The notes under the pieces are model-generated. The model ran no database searches. It was not told where the DNA came from and worked only from the letters and a program-made list of their open reading frames with translations. This document shows positions 1-9,443 of a stretch of 64,000 bases of DNA, in pieces (positions within the stretch are counted from its first letter, which is position 1; the number at the start of each line of letters is the position of its first letter). The stretch spans positions 128,001-192,000 of the forward strand of contig CAVTUQ010000026.1 in the NCBI GenBank assembly GCA_963737905.1, given 5' to 3'. The translations under genes were made by a program, and so were the position numbers. This stretch comes from an uncultured delta proteobacterium (lineage in GTDB: Bacteria > Desulfobacterota > Binatia > UBA9968).

Positions 1-567
1 GGGCATCCGGTTTACATCGTCGGCCGGCTATTCGCGTATTACCTGGGTCTCAAAGAGACAAGATTCGTTACCGGATACACCGGTCCGGAAATCGATGTCG
101 CTCTGATGGCAGGAGAAATAGACGCAAGAGCGGGCACCGGAGAAACGATCATCCTCCGATCGCCCGAGTGGCTTGAAAAAGGACTCGTGGACGTTCACGC
201 CGGCATCGAAATTCCCATCGGACAGAAACATCCGCGCTTTGCCCAATTACCGGAGCTGGAGAGCTTTGCCGGATCGACAAGAGAAAAAAGATTGCTCGGC
301 ATGTTCCGCGCCTTCAGGCTCTCCGGCCAGAGCTTTTTTTTGCCCCCGGAAACTCCGAGAGAACGGGTGCAGATTCTGCGCGAAGCGATGCGGAAGACTC
401 TCGCCGATCCTGAATTCTCCAAGGAGTTTCACAAACTCACGGGAGACGATCCGACCCCTTTAATGCCGGAAGCCCTCGAAAAAGCCATCAGAGAAATGCC
501 CCGCGACCCAGATGTCGTTGAGCTGTTTAATAAGCTGGCCGGCCCCGAGCCTCTGCCGCCGCGGTAA
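1..567 (+). CDS. Bug/TctC-like tripartite tricarboxylate transporter substrate-binding protein, 5' truncated by the window edge
   Basis: Frame is open from base 1 (GHPVYIVGRLF...VTGYTGPEIDVALMAGEIDAR...FFLPPETPRERVQILREAMRKTLADPEF), which matches the C-terminal half of TctC/Bug-like proteins. Confidence 0.65.
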   Translation, partial: GHPVYIVGRLFAYYLGLKETRFVTGYTGPEIDVALMAGEIDARAGTGETIILRSPEWLEKGLVDVHAGIEIPIGQKHPRFAQLPELESFAGSTREKRLLGMFRAFRLSGQSFFLPPETPRERVQILREAMRKTLADPEFSKEFHKLTGDDPTPLMPEALEKAIREMPRDPDVVELFNKLAGPEPLPPR

Positions 568-596
568 CGTTCGGAGGGATGCTGCAGACTCCGCAA

Positions 597-929
597 TTAT
601 AGGCCTTCGATAGCCTCGTCGCGTGATCCGTAAATGGAAAGAATAGAGGAAAAGCCGGCCAGGTCGAACACCTGCCGAACGTGTTCTTGCAGGCCACACA
701 AGACAATCTTTCCGTCCGCGGCCTGTAGTCGCTTGGCGGCGAGAAGAAAGACGCGAAGGCCCGAGCTGCTGACATACTCCAACTGGGCAAGATCGACAAC
801 GAGCCGCTGGCCTCCTGAGTTGATCAGTCCGAGAATTTTATCCTCAAACGTTTTTGCTGTCGTAGCATCGAGTTTCCCCGACAACGCCAATACCACAGCG
901 TCAGCTTTTCTATCTTCGCTAATGTCCAT
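597..929 (-). CDS. STAS-domain anti-sigma factor antagonist (RsbV/SpoIIAA-like)
   Basis: LSGKLDA...VVDLAQLEYVSSSGLRVFL with the phosphorylatable Ser. Start moved to ATG 929, after an AGGAG RBS. Confidence 0.92.
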   Translation of the reverse strand: MDISEDRKADAVVLALSGKLDATTAKTFEDKILGLINSGGQRLVVDLAQLEYVSSSGLRVFLLAAKRLQAADGKIVLCGLQEHVRQVFDLAGFSSILSIYGSRDEAIEGL

Positions 930-1001
930 GATCTGATGACTCCTACGGCGGAAAATCATTTATCTCCACGATCAGCACCATGGCTTTATGCTCACGCATT
1001 T

Positions 1002-2742
1002 TCATACTGCCTGAAGCGCCGCCAGTCTTATGAGGAATTCAGCGTTGCCGTCTGGTTGGCGGCACTCGAAACCGCCGCCGAGCCACCCGAGGGTTCTGTT
1101 ATAGAGATCGAGCCGGCGCTTGCCAAAAGCAGCCGGATCCATCCGCTCCCGGCTTGAAAGGCGGATGTCCACGTGGCCCGATGACACTCGGTGGCAATTC
1201 TGATGTGCTTCACGCCAATACCGGCCATTCCTTCGATCAAGTTGGTCAGGATATCGTCGAGTCGTTCCGCTCCGACGTTTGCGTTGGTCTGTTGTGCGGT
1301 CGGGCGCAAATTCAAACTCGATATCGCGTAGCGGCGAATGCGCTGCCAACCGGCGCGTGAGGGCCTCGCAAAAAAGATTGGTCATCCTCCACCGCTTCCA
1401 TCAGATCAATTGGATTCCATCACCGTAGTTTCCTTGGTCCGTTTCAGGAGCTCCGCAATCAATTCGTTTACGGCTCCCGGTTGTCTCTGCCTGGAGAAAT
1501 TGAAGACCGCGCACCACGCTCAAGAAGTCCGCCAGTCGTCGCTGGGCCCGATCCAACCAGCGAGAAATCCAGAAGTTGCTGAACATGCTCTGCGGAGAGG
1601 AAGTTGTTGCAGTGACCTGGCGACCTGAACGCCCTTTGAGCACCACGGTCAGTTCGGGTATGGCGCTGGATATTGAACGATTCCACGATGCGGCGAAAGT
1701 CCGAGAGGATGCGGTCGATCTGGTCGATATCCAGGGTCGTGAGAACCCGACTTGCCGCGCTGTCCTTCCTCCAGCAGGGACAGATAGTACGACACCGTGT
1801 ACAGGCGCCCGGAAAAGATCGTAAACAGCGCCGCGGTTTCTTCCAGCAGTTCATCAACGTAGATCTTGAGACGCGCCAATGCGCTCGGCGTCCATGAGTG
1901 GTACGTCGGTCAGATTGGAAGCTTCGGCCTCCATCAACCGGAGCTTCTCCCGCATGCTTTGCGCCGAAACGCAGTAACCGTGCCCGGGGCAACACACGGT
2001 AATGACGGGCGTTTCCAGGAGCCAATCCACATTGTGTGAGCGTTTGCAGAAGATCTGCGTGGTTCCAGCCGTCAAGGCCACACAGCCCAGGGTTCGCCGC
2101 AAAGGGCAAATCACCAAGTATAAGAAACGATCCGACTCGTAACGATATGCTGCAAGGGGAATGGCCGGGAGTGTGATAGATCTCGAGCCGATTGCCGGCA
2201 CCGAGAGGAAGCCATTGGCGTTGCAGCGTTGCGCCATCGGGCATCGCGATCGGCTCAGTGTACAGTTCGATCCGTCCGCCGTCGGCCAATTCGAGTGCGA
2301 GCGGTTCAGACGCCGGGCTTGAGGCGAATAGGATTCCCTCGAATCGCGCAGTGCATATTTCGGGGTTCCATGGGTAGAGATAAGCAACCGTCAGGTTGCG
2401 GTCACGGTGTTTCAGCGCCTCAACTCCCGCCTGGTGTGCGAAACGCTTGATTTCCATACCTGCCGGAAGTTCAAGACTACCCGCCTCCTGTGAGTGGTCT
2501 TGATGGCAATGAGTGAGAAACACGAGGATAGGGCGCCGCGACACCGCCAGGGCGTCGGTTAAAATTCGGCTTATCTGCCGCGTCTGCTCGGCGCTGGCAC
2601 CCGGGTCGACGACTACAAGCGCGTCGGGCGCGGAAAAAATGTAACAATTCGAGGAAACGCAGTTGGCCTTAGGTATGATCGGGAAGATTTCGACGGACGG
2701 GGTGCCAGGAACTTTCTGCCAGACGTTGGCTTCGATCTTCAT
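1002..2742 (-). CDS. MBL-fold metallo-hydrolase with a C-terminal GHKL/HATPase-like domain; multiply frameshifted (about 580 aa when joined)
   Basis: Motifs THCHQDH, HTPGHS, LGD and PGHG are spread over ORFs 1468-2742 and 1854-2387. Coding-like sequence continues through ORFs 1649-1879, 1401-1646, 1028-1315 (ERLDDILTNLIEG, N-box-like) and 1002-1385. Confidence 0.7.
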
Positions 2743-2789
2743 ACTGTCTCACGCGCACCCGCAGGCGCTCCTCCGCCGGGGATGCGCCA

Positions 2790-3104
2790 TCAAGTCTTGA
2801 TATCAATGAATGATGTAAAGCCGGCAAGATTCAATACGTTATAGATATGAAGTGGGACGTTTACAAGTCTCAGGCGCTCGCCGCGTTTTTGCAGCGCCTT
2901 CGCAGCCAGCAGTAAAACACGCAGGCCGGCGCTGCTCATATACGAAACTTCCGCCAGATCGAGCTCTACAGCTCCGGTGGGAGATTCAGCCGCGAGCAAC
3001 AAAGGTTCCTGGAGCTGCAGAGCCGTATCGCTGTCCACTGGCCCCGCGGCATGCAGAACGACCGCCGATTCCAAACGCCGCACCGTGATTTCCAGTTCCT
3101 TCAT
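2790..3104 (-). CDS. STAS-domain anti-sigma factor antagonist
   Basis: AGPVDS...LDLAEVSYMSSAGLRVLL...VLNLAGF. Confidence 0.92.
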   Translation of the reverse strand: MKELEITVRRLESAVVLHAAGPVDSDTALQLQEPLLLAAESPTGAVELDLAEVSYMSSAGLRVLLLAAKALQKRGERLRLVNVPLHIYNVLNLAGFTSFIDIKT

Positions 3105-3331
3105 ATCGTGACTCTTTTGATTATAAAACTTCGCTTCTTGAAGGATAGACTTAAGAAGATCCAGAAACTCCTTTTAGTCGCATTCGATAGCCCGCGATTC
3201 GAATTGCTCAGAGATCGAACCTAAAATAGCCTCTCCTTTGCGGCGGAAAGTACGCCGGCAAAACGGTGTCTGTCAAGTTGAAGACTCCGTTTTCGCACAC
3301 GCTCCGTTGGGGGCTAATTAAGCCGCTTGAG

Positions 3332-4659
3332 TTATGCAAGCTTATTATGAGCTTGATCTCCAGTCCTTCTCTCATCTTTTGTCGTCCCAAAATAAAGCAA
3401 CGCCAGAACCGTGATATCATCCGACTGCGGTGCTGCGCCAGCAAAGTGCCTCACGTCGCTGACCAGGTCGCCGATGATTTGGCGCGGAGAAGAGCTGCGA
3501 TTGCTCGCCAGGAACTGCTCGAGCCGCTGATCGGAGTACAGCGTCTCCCTCGAATCCATCGCCTCGGTGACCCCGTCGGTGTAAAGCAGCAGAGCTTCGC
3601 CAGGGCTCGAGAACCATCCGTCCGGATATGTAGAGCACTCTGTTCCACCAGCCCCAAGAGCTCTTCCGCCGGCGTTTTCCAACGGACTAACGCCGTCGCG
3701 GTGAAGGTAATAGGGCAGATTGTGGCCGCCGTTACTATAATCGACCTGACCCGTGCGGATATTCAAGATGCCGCAAAAAAAGGTCACGAACATACAGGAC
3801 TCGTTATCGCGACAGATCTCGGTATTCAAGCGCGCGAGGATTTCACCCGGAGTGCCGCCGTTCCCGGCGGTGGCTTTGAACAGGGTCTTGGTGACGGCCA
3901 TAAAGAGCGACGCGGGGACTCCCTTGCCGGAGACATCGCCGACGGCAAAGCATAGGTGATCGTCATCGATAAAGAAGAAATCGTAAAAATCCCCTCCCAC
4001 TTCTTTCGCCGGCGCGATCGTGGCGAAAATCTCGAATTCGTGGCGCTTCGGGAAAGGGAGGAAAAATCTTCGGCAGCATGCTCATCTGAATGTCGTGCGC
4101 GAGCTTTAGCGCCTCCTCCATTCTCTCCTTCTCGACATAGGCTTCGATTAAACGGGCCCGCTCGAGCGCCACTGTTATATGAGCACTCAACCCGCCCAAA
4201 AGCGACTCATCAGCTTCATCAAACACTTCTTGGTCTTTCTTGTTCAGCACCTGAATGACGCCGATCAGCCTATCCCCATTGCCGATCAGGGGCAAACAGA
4301 GAATGGAACGCGTGCGGTAGCCGGTCTCCTTGTCGAAATCTGGATCAAACCTGGCATCGGCGTAGGTGTCAGGAATGTTGATCAGTGTACGGGTCTTGGC
4401 CACGGTGTCCGGCAATGCCGACCCCGAGCGGAAGCCGAATTTCCTTTATCTCAAGTCTTTGTGTAGTCTTGCTCCATAGCTCGTCACGAGATTCGTCATA
4501 AAGGAAGAGTGTGGCGCGATCCGCGTCCATGACCTCGGCGGCAACCTTCACGATCACCTGCAACAGGTCATCCAGTCTAATTTCGCTAGCCAGCGCTTTC
4601 GAAACCCTCAAAAGGGCGTTGAGATTTCGCGTCTGACGTTCGCTATCGCTGAATGCCAT
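3332..4659 (-). CDS. GAF + SpoIIE/PP2C phosphatase (RsbU-like), frameshifted
   Basis: GAF domain (DADRATLFLYD, NIPDTYADARF, TGYRTRSILCLP, LNKKD..F) in ORFs 4369-4659 and 3963-4415. PP2C motifs GGDFYDF, GDVSGKG, LYTDGVTEA and SDDIT in ORF 3332-4000. Confidence 0.85.
3345..4105. repeat. Diverged duplicate of the PP2C-coding segment (other copy about 5295-6055)
   Basis: Long identical stretches, e.g. gtgcggatattcaagatgccgcaaaaaaaggtcacgaacatacaggactcgttatcgcgacagat, occur in both copies. The proteins are nearly identical. Confidence 0.9.
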
Positions 4660-4841
4660 TGTGCTCCAATTCCAAGATTCTATGGGAGGTCAGATCTGCG
4701 CTATACGCAGCAAGTTTTTACGCAGGGCAAAGCCGCGATAAGAAATCAAGGAAACGTCCGTACCAAATGGTGATTGAAACGAACCCATCGAGAATGAGTC
4801 ATCCACAGAGCCAGGCTTGCTTTGCCTTTACTTCAAATTTT

Positions 4842-4898
4842 CTATTGCTCGTCTCTCGTTATATCAGCGTCAGCTTTTCTATCTTCACTAATGTCCAT
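4842..4898 (-). pseudogene. Truncated 5' remnant of the STAS gene (MDISEDRKADA then DITRDEQ-stop)
   Basis: 4865-4910 nearly matches 896-944, covering the start, RBS and first 11 codons of the STAS gene at 597-929. Confidence 0.8.
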
Positions 4899-4901
4899 GA
4901 T

Positions 4902-7237
4902 CTAAGACTCCTCCGTCTTCTTTTTCATGGTCAGGAGATTTCTCTCTCCATGTCTCTGGTACTCCAAGCTATCCATGAGTTTGCGCACGAGATGGATGCC
5001 CAGTCCACCTATGGTCCTTTCCTCCAGGGGTTTTGTCGTGTCAGGCTCCGGCGCCTCCAGCGGATTGAAGGGTTGGCCGTCGTCTTCGCACTTCGACCCT
5101 AATCTCTGTCGGTTGCACGCTAAGGCTCACCTTAATTTCGTGTTCTCGGTTGTCCGTGTAACCATACGAGATGACGTTGGTGAGAATCTCTTCCAGGGCG
5201 AGATTGAGATCGTGCACAACCTTGGGGGACAGACCATGCCGCTGGCCGAATTCCGTCAATGCCCGATTAACAGTCTCGATCTCTGAAATTTTGTTATTGA
5301 GCTTGATCTCCAGTTCTTCCCTCATTTGCTCTGTCGTCCCAAAATACAGCATCCCAAGAGCCGTAATATCGTCCGACTGCGGCGCTGCGCCGGCAAAATG
5401 CCTTACGTCGCTGACTAGATCGCCGATGATTTGGCGCGGGGAAGAGCTGCGGTTGTTCGCCACGAACTGCGCGAGCCGCTGATCGGAATAAAGCGTCTCG
5501 CTTGAGTCCATCGCCTCGGTGACCCCATCGGTGTAAAGCAGCAGGGCTTCGCCAGGACCCGAGAACCATCCGCCCCGACGCGTAGGGACTTTGCTCCACC
5601 AGTCCCAGAGCTCTTCCGCCGAGGTTTTCCAGTGGTCTGACGCCGTCGTGCTGAAGATAATAAGGCAGATTGTGCCCACCGTTACTATAATCGACCTGAC
5701 CGGTGCGGATATTCAAGATGCCGCAAAAAAAGGTCACGAACATACAGGACTCGTTATCGCGACAGATGTCGGTGTTCAAGCGCGCGAGGATTTCACCCGG
5801 AGTGCGGCCGTTCCCGGCGGTCGCCCGGAACAGGGTCTTAGTGACGGCCATAAAGAGCGATGCCGGTACGCCCTTGCCGGAGACGTCGCCGATGGCAAAA
5901 CATAGATGATCGTCATCGATGAAGAAAAAATCGTAGAGATCCCCTCCCACTTCTTTAGCCGGCACCAAGGTGGCGAAAATATCAAACTCGCTCCGGTCCG
6001 GAAACGGCGGAAAGATCTTCGGCACCATGCTCATCTGGATTTCGTGGGCGATCTTCAACTCGCTTTCGATCCTTTCCTTCGCCGCGGTGGTTTCTTTGAG
6101 ATGTTCGATGGATTCGTTCAATCGCCGTGTCATCTCGTTGAACGAGCCGGCGAGGACGCCAATTTCATTCTTTGCTGGGATATCGATCCTTTGAGTGAAG
6201 TCACCACCCGCGATCCGGCGGGTCATCTCGGTCAAATCAGCAATCGGCCTGGAAATGGTCTTGGCGCCAAAAATGGCAATCACCGACCCGAGCAAAAGCA
6301 CGAGGCCGCTGACGGCCATCGCCAGCCGAGTCTGGTTGCGAATAGCGGCCTGCACGTGATCGGTAGGCAGAGTCACCAGGATCGCCCCGCCTTTTAGTTC
6401 GCCGCCTTCGTCGCCGATGGGAGCCACGACCTTCAGAAAAGATCTTTCCAAAAAACTTTCCGCCCGTCCTGTTTTGGCGAGGCGGATGATGTCTGCCAGC
6501 TCGCTCTCCGTAGGCTCGGGTAGCTTATCGTCTCGGACCCTCTCCGCATAATCCACGGTGATCATGCTCTTGTCGAGGACGCGGATCGCAATGACGCTTC
6601 CTTCGGACACCAGCTGGTTGACCAGACGCGTCAGCCCCATGCGCTGCCGCAGCTGTTGCAGCAGGGTGGCGTGATAGCCCACCTGGACAATGCGCGGCTT
6701 ATCCACCCCTGCCACCCCCACGTACTTGAAAACTTGTGTGTCTATTTCGCGCTGGCGCGCTTCCTGAACGACGCGTTTCGTTTTTCCCGTAAGCAGGGAC
6801 CAGAAAGCATGGGCTTGGGGTTGCTGTTTCGGGTCCGGGCTAAACGTGAAGTCGATTTCGGCGATGTTTCTCAGGTAAGCATGACCTTTCTCGTCGGTAA
6901 TCCAGATTTCGTCCATCACGGTATCGTCGGCGATTTGCTTGAGTCTCCGGTTGATCTCCTTCGGGCTGACTCCCGCCGCTTCCCCCATGGCCACGAGATG
7001 TGCAGCCATCGTCGCCTCCACCACCATCTGTTCGCCGATGGCCGCTTCCACATCGTTCATAACGCCGGCGCCGAAGGCCGCGCTACGGCTCAGTAACCGC
7101 GCGATAACGAGACCCTGGGCCTCGGTTTCAGCCAGCACCGCCTGTCGCGAGCTCCAGCCGAGAACGCCCGCCGTAGCGAGCACCGCAGCGACCAGCAGCA
7201 ACGTCACCATCAAGAGCGTTTGTGTTCTTATCGTCAC
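4902..7237 (-). CDS. Membrane sensor: extracytoplasmic (Cache-like) domain + HAMP + SpoIIE/PP2C + RsbW-like kinase (HATPase_c); two frameshifts near 5560 and 5090
   Basis: Two TM helices, HAMP (RPIADL...KNEIGVLAGSFNEM) and PP2C motifs. Then LALEEILTNVISYGY, EDDGQPFNPL and IGGLGIHLVRKLMD, ending TAG at 4902. Confidence 0.88.
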
Positions 7238-7343
7238 CTGTTTCTCCGTTCATTTTTTCCTGGACACGGGCGCACTCTTCACTGACCGATGAGGGTCTCA
7301 AAAACGCGCCGCGAGTCGTCGAGAACAAAGGTTCGAGATGTTT

Positions 7344-9053
7344 TCAATGATCGAAATGCATTTGGATCCGACACCGGCCATTGATTTTTTCACCTTTGAC
7401 TTTGTCGGCGTATTGGCGCATCAGAAAACCCGAGAGACTAGCGACGGCGTTTTCGTCGGCGAGAAGCGCGTCGTCGGTCGGACGCCTACTGGGAAATTCC
7501 ATCAACTCGCCATCGTAGCGAATATCCATATCGAGATTGAATTCGTCGAAACTGACTTCGGCTTGCACCTTTCCTTTCATGAGATCCAGGGTGGCGGCGG
7601 ACTCGACAAATTCATTGAGGGCCGCCGTCGCTCGCATAATCACATCCCGGCGCGCTCCCCAAAGGGCCCCCTGGGTCTCCATAAATTCAAAAATTTTCTG
7701 AGAACCACCGACACCGGGCGTCAACTCCAGTAGCTGGCGTTTAGTAATGCCGATCCGAAAAATCAGGTTTAAAAGCACGACAAGGACCGTCGAGATAGAC
7801 AGCGACGAAGAAAAGAGAGGCTGGATCAAGTTCGGCACGTCGCGGTACAGTCCGGGGACCATGTCGACGCTCAGGCCGAAGATCAGAGCGATGCCGACGA
7901 CGAAAATCCTGCGCGCGTCGAGCATGCGCGACGTGATCACCTGAATGCCGGCAAGAATCATGTAGCAGGCGACGTAAACGAGAATCGCACCCATCACCGG
8001 ATCGGGCATCACGGCAAAGAAGGCCCCGAGCTTGGGGAGAAAAGCCAGGACGATCATCAAGATGCCGCAGGGAAGGGCGATGGACCGGCTGGTGGCCCCG
8101 GTGGCGAGCGAGAGACCGACGTTGCTGGAGAAGGTGGATTGGCCGATCCCGCCCAGCAGGCCCGCTAGGCCAGTTCCGATGGCGCCGGCGAAAATTCCGC
8201 CGCTGACCGATTGCATGTCGGTGCGCTTCCAATCGGCGTCATTGATTTTCTGGCACAGGGTCAAGTCGCCCACGCTTTTCAAGGTCGAAGCCAGGCTGGC
8301 GATAAGGAATGCGGGCAGAAGAGCGAGATCAAATGACCAGCCCGTTTGAGCCTTTCGCGGCAGGCTAATCATGGGCGCGGCGAGCATCTTTTGCAGCCGT
8401 TCGGTCTCAAAGAGCCCAAAAAAATAAGCGAGCAAATAACCGATCACAAGACCGATCAGCACGGGATATAACTTGAGAGCCCCTTTACCCCAAACGGTCG
8501 GTACGATCATTGCCGCCAACGTCACTGTTGCAACCGTGGCGGCGGTTCCTTGCGGACCCGCGCCACCGGCTTGAAAGCCCAAAAACCTGGGAGAGCCCAG
8601 GGCCACAAGTTCTATTCCGACCATCGTCACCACCAGTCCGGTGACTTCGGGGGGAAAGAGCGGACGTAATCGTGGCAGGACCCGAGCGAGCAGTCCCTCG
8701 AAGAGGCCCGAAATCACCGTCGTGGCAAAGACCGACCGCAGGCCGCCAACCTTGCCAGCCAGAATCGATGCGGAGATGTATGCGGGGCCGCCGCTGATGG
8801 GGCAAAAATATCCGGACCCCACCGCGCTGTTGGGTAAGGATTGCAGAATGGTTGCGATTCCGGACGCAATCATCGACATCCGCAGCACGTTGGTGACTTC
8901 TTCCTGGGTACCGCCGATGGTGGTGACGATCACCACCACCATCACCCAGCCGGCTGTCATGACAAAGACATGCTGGAGCCCCAGTAGAGCCGATGCGGTC
9001 AACGGAGGCTTATCATCGACGCCATAAGTAAGGTTGGCGGGCTTCTTGGCCAT
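7344..9053 (-). CDS. NCS2 (xanthine/uracil permease family) transporter with an about 130 aa cytoplasmic RsbW-like C-terminal domain
   Basis: YGVDDKPP...LLGLQH, FPPEVTG, NAT-like motif STFSSNVGLSLATGATSR and PDPVMGA. The tail carries ALNEFVE, IRYDG and LSGFLMRQYAD. Confidence 0.88.
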   Translation of the reverse strand: MAKKPANLTYGVDDKPPLTASALLGLQHVFVMTAGWVMVVVIVTTIGGTQEEVTNVLRMSMIASGIATILQSLPNSAVGSGYFCPISGGPAYISASILAGKVGGLRSVFATTVISGLFEGLLARVLPRLRPLFPPEVTGLVVTMVGIELVALGSPRFLGFQAGGAGPQGTAATVATVTLAAMIVPTVWGKGALKLYPVLIGLVIGYLLAYFFGLFETERLQKMLAAPMISLPRKAQTGWSFDLALLPAFLIASLASTLKSVGDLTLCQKINDADWKRTDMQSVSGGIFAGAIGTGLAGLLGGIGQSTFSSNVGLSLATGATSRSIALPCGILMIVLAFLPKLGAFFAVMPDPVMGAILVYVACYMILAGIQVITSRMLDARRIFVVGIALIFGLSVDMVPGLYRDVPNLIQPLFSSSLSISTVLVVLLNLIFRIGITKRQLLELTPGVGGSQKIFEFMETQGALWGARRDVIMRATAALNEFVESAATLDLMKGKVQAEVSFDEFNLDMDIRYDGELMEFPSRRPTDDALLADENAVASLSGFLMRQYADKVKGEKINGRCRIQMHFDH

Positions 9054-9443
9054 GCACGCCTCAGCTAAATTTCACCTCGCACGATCGCGTTTCGCGTGCC
9101 GAAAGGAATTCATTAGATGCAGGCAAAAGGAACCGTCCAAGGTCGACCGAATCAATGGTCGTTTAGCGAATTCAATTCAATCTCGAGCACTAGATCGCGT
9201 AGCACTCTGTCTATTCATGGAGCCGGTCACGTAATTCCCTATCAGAAAACCCGATAGTTTTCGCGACCCTCTCTCATTTCCCAGCAAGTCGGCGTCCGTA
9301 GACCGTTTGGCGGTGAACTTCGTAGTGTTCCCGGCCGGTCGTAGCGGTTATCGATATCGAGACTGAACTCAACAAAAAGGATCGGTTTACGTCTTGCTGT
9401 GCGGGATGTCTTAAAGCAGAATACCCGCGATGATGGACAGCTA

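Noticed and set aside
3208-3444. 78 aa ORF as the RsbW domain of the GAF-PP2C gene
   Set aside because: Similarity to the RsbW domain stops after MREGLEIKL and no N/G boxes follow.
3595-5570. Both PP2C copies shift frame at the same spot (VLEP/GE and VLGP/GE), suggesting programmed frameshifting
   Set aside because: The extra base differs (C vs G). Both lie in short homopolymers beside CCTGG, there is no slippery heptamer, and the region is full of other indels. Sequencing error is more likely.
9087-9101. Possible minus-strand sigma-54 promoter (CGGCAC-N5-ACGC) upstream of the permease
   Set aside because: The spacing is right but both elements deviate from consensus in GC-rich DNA.
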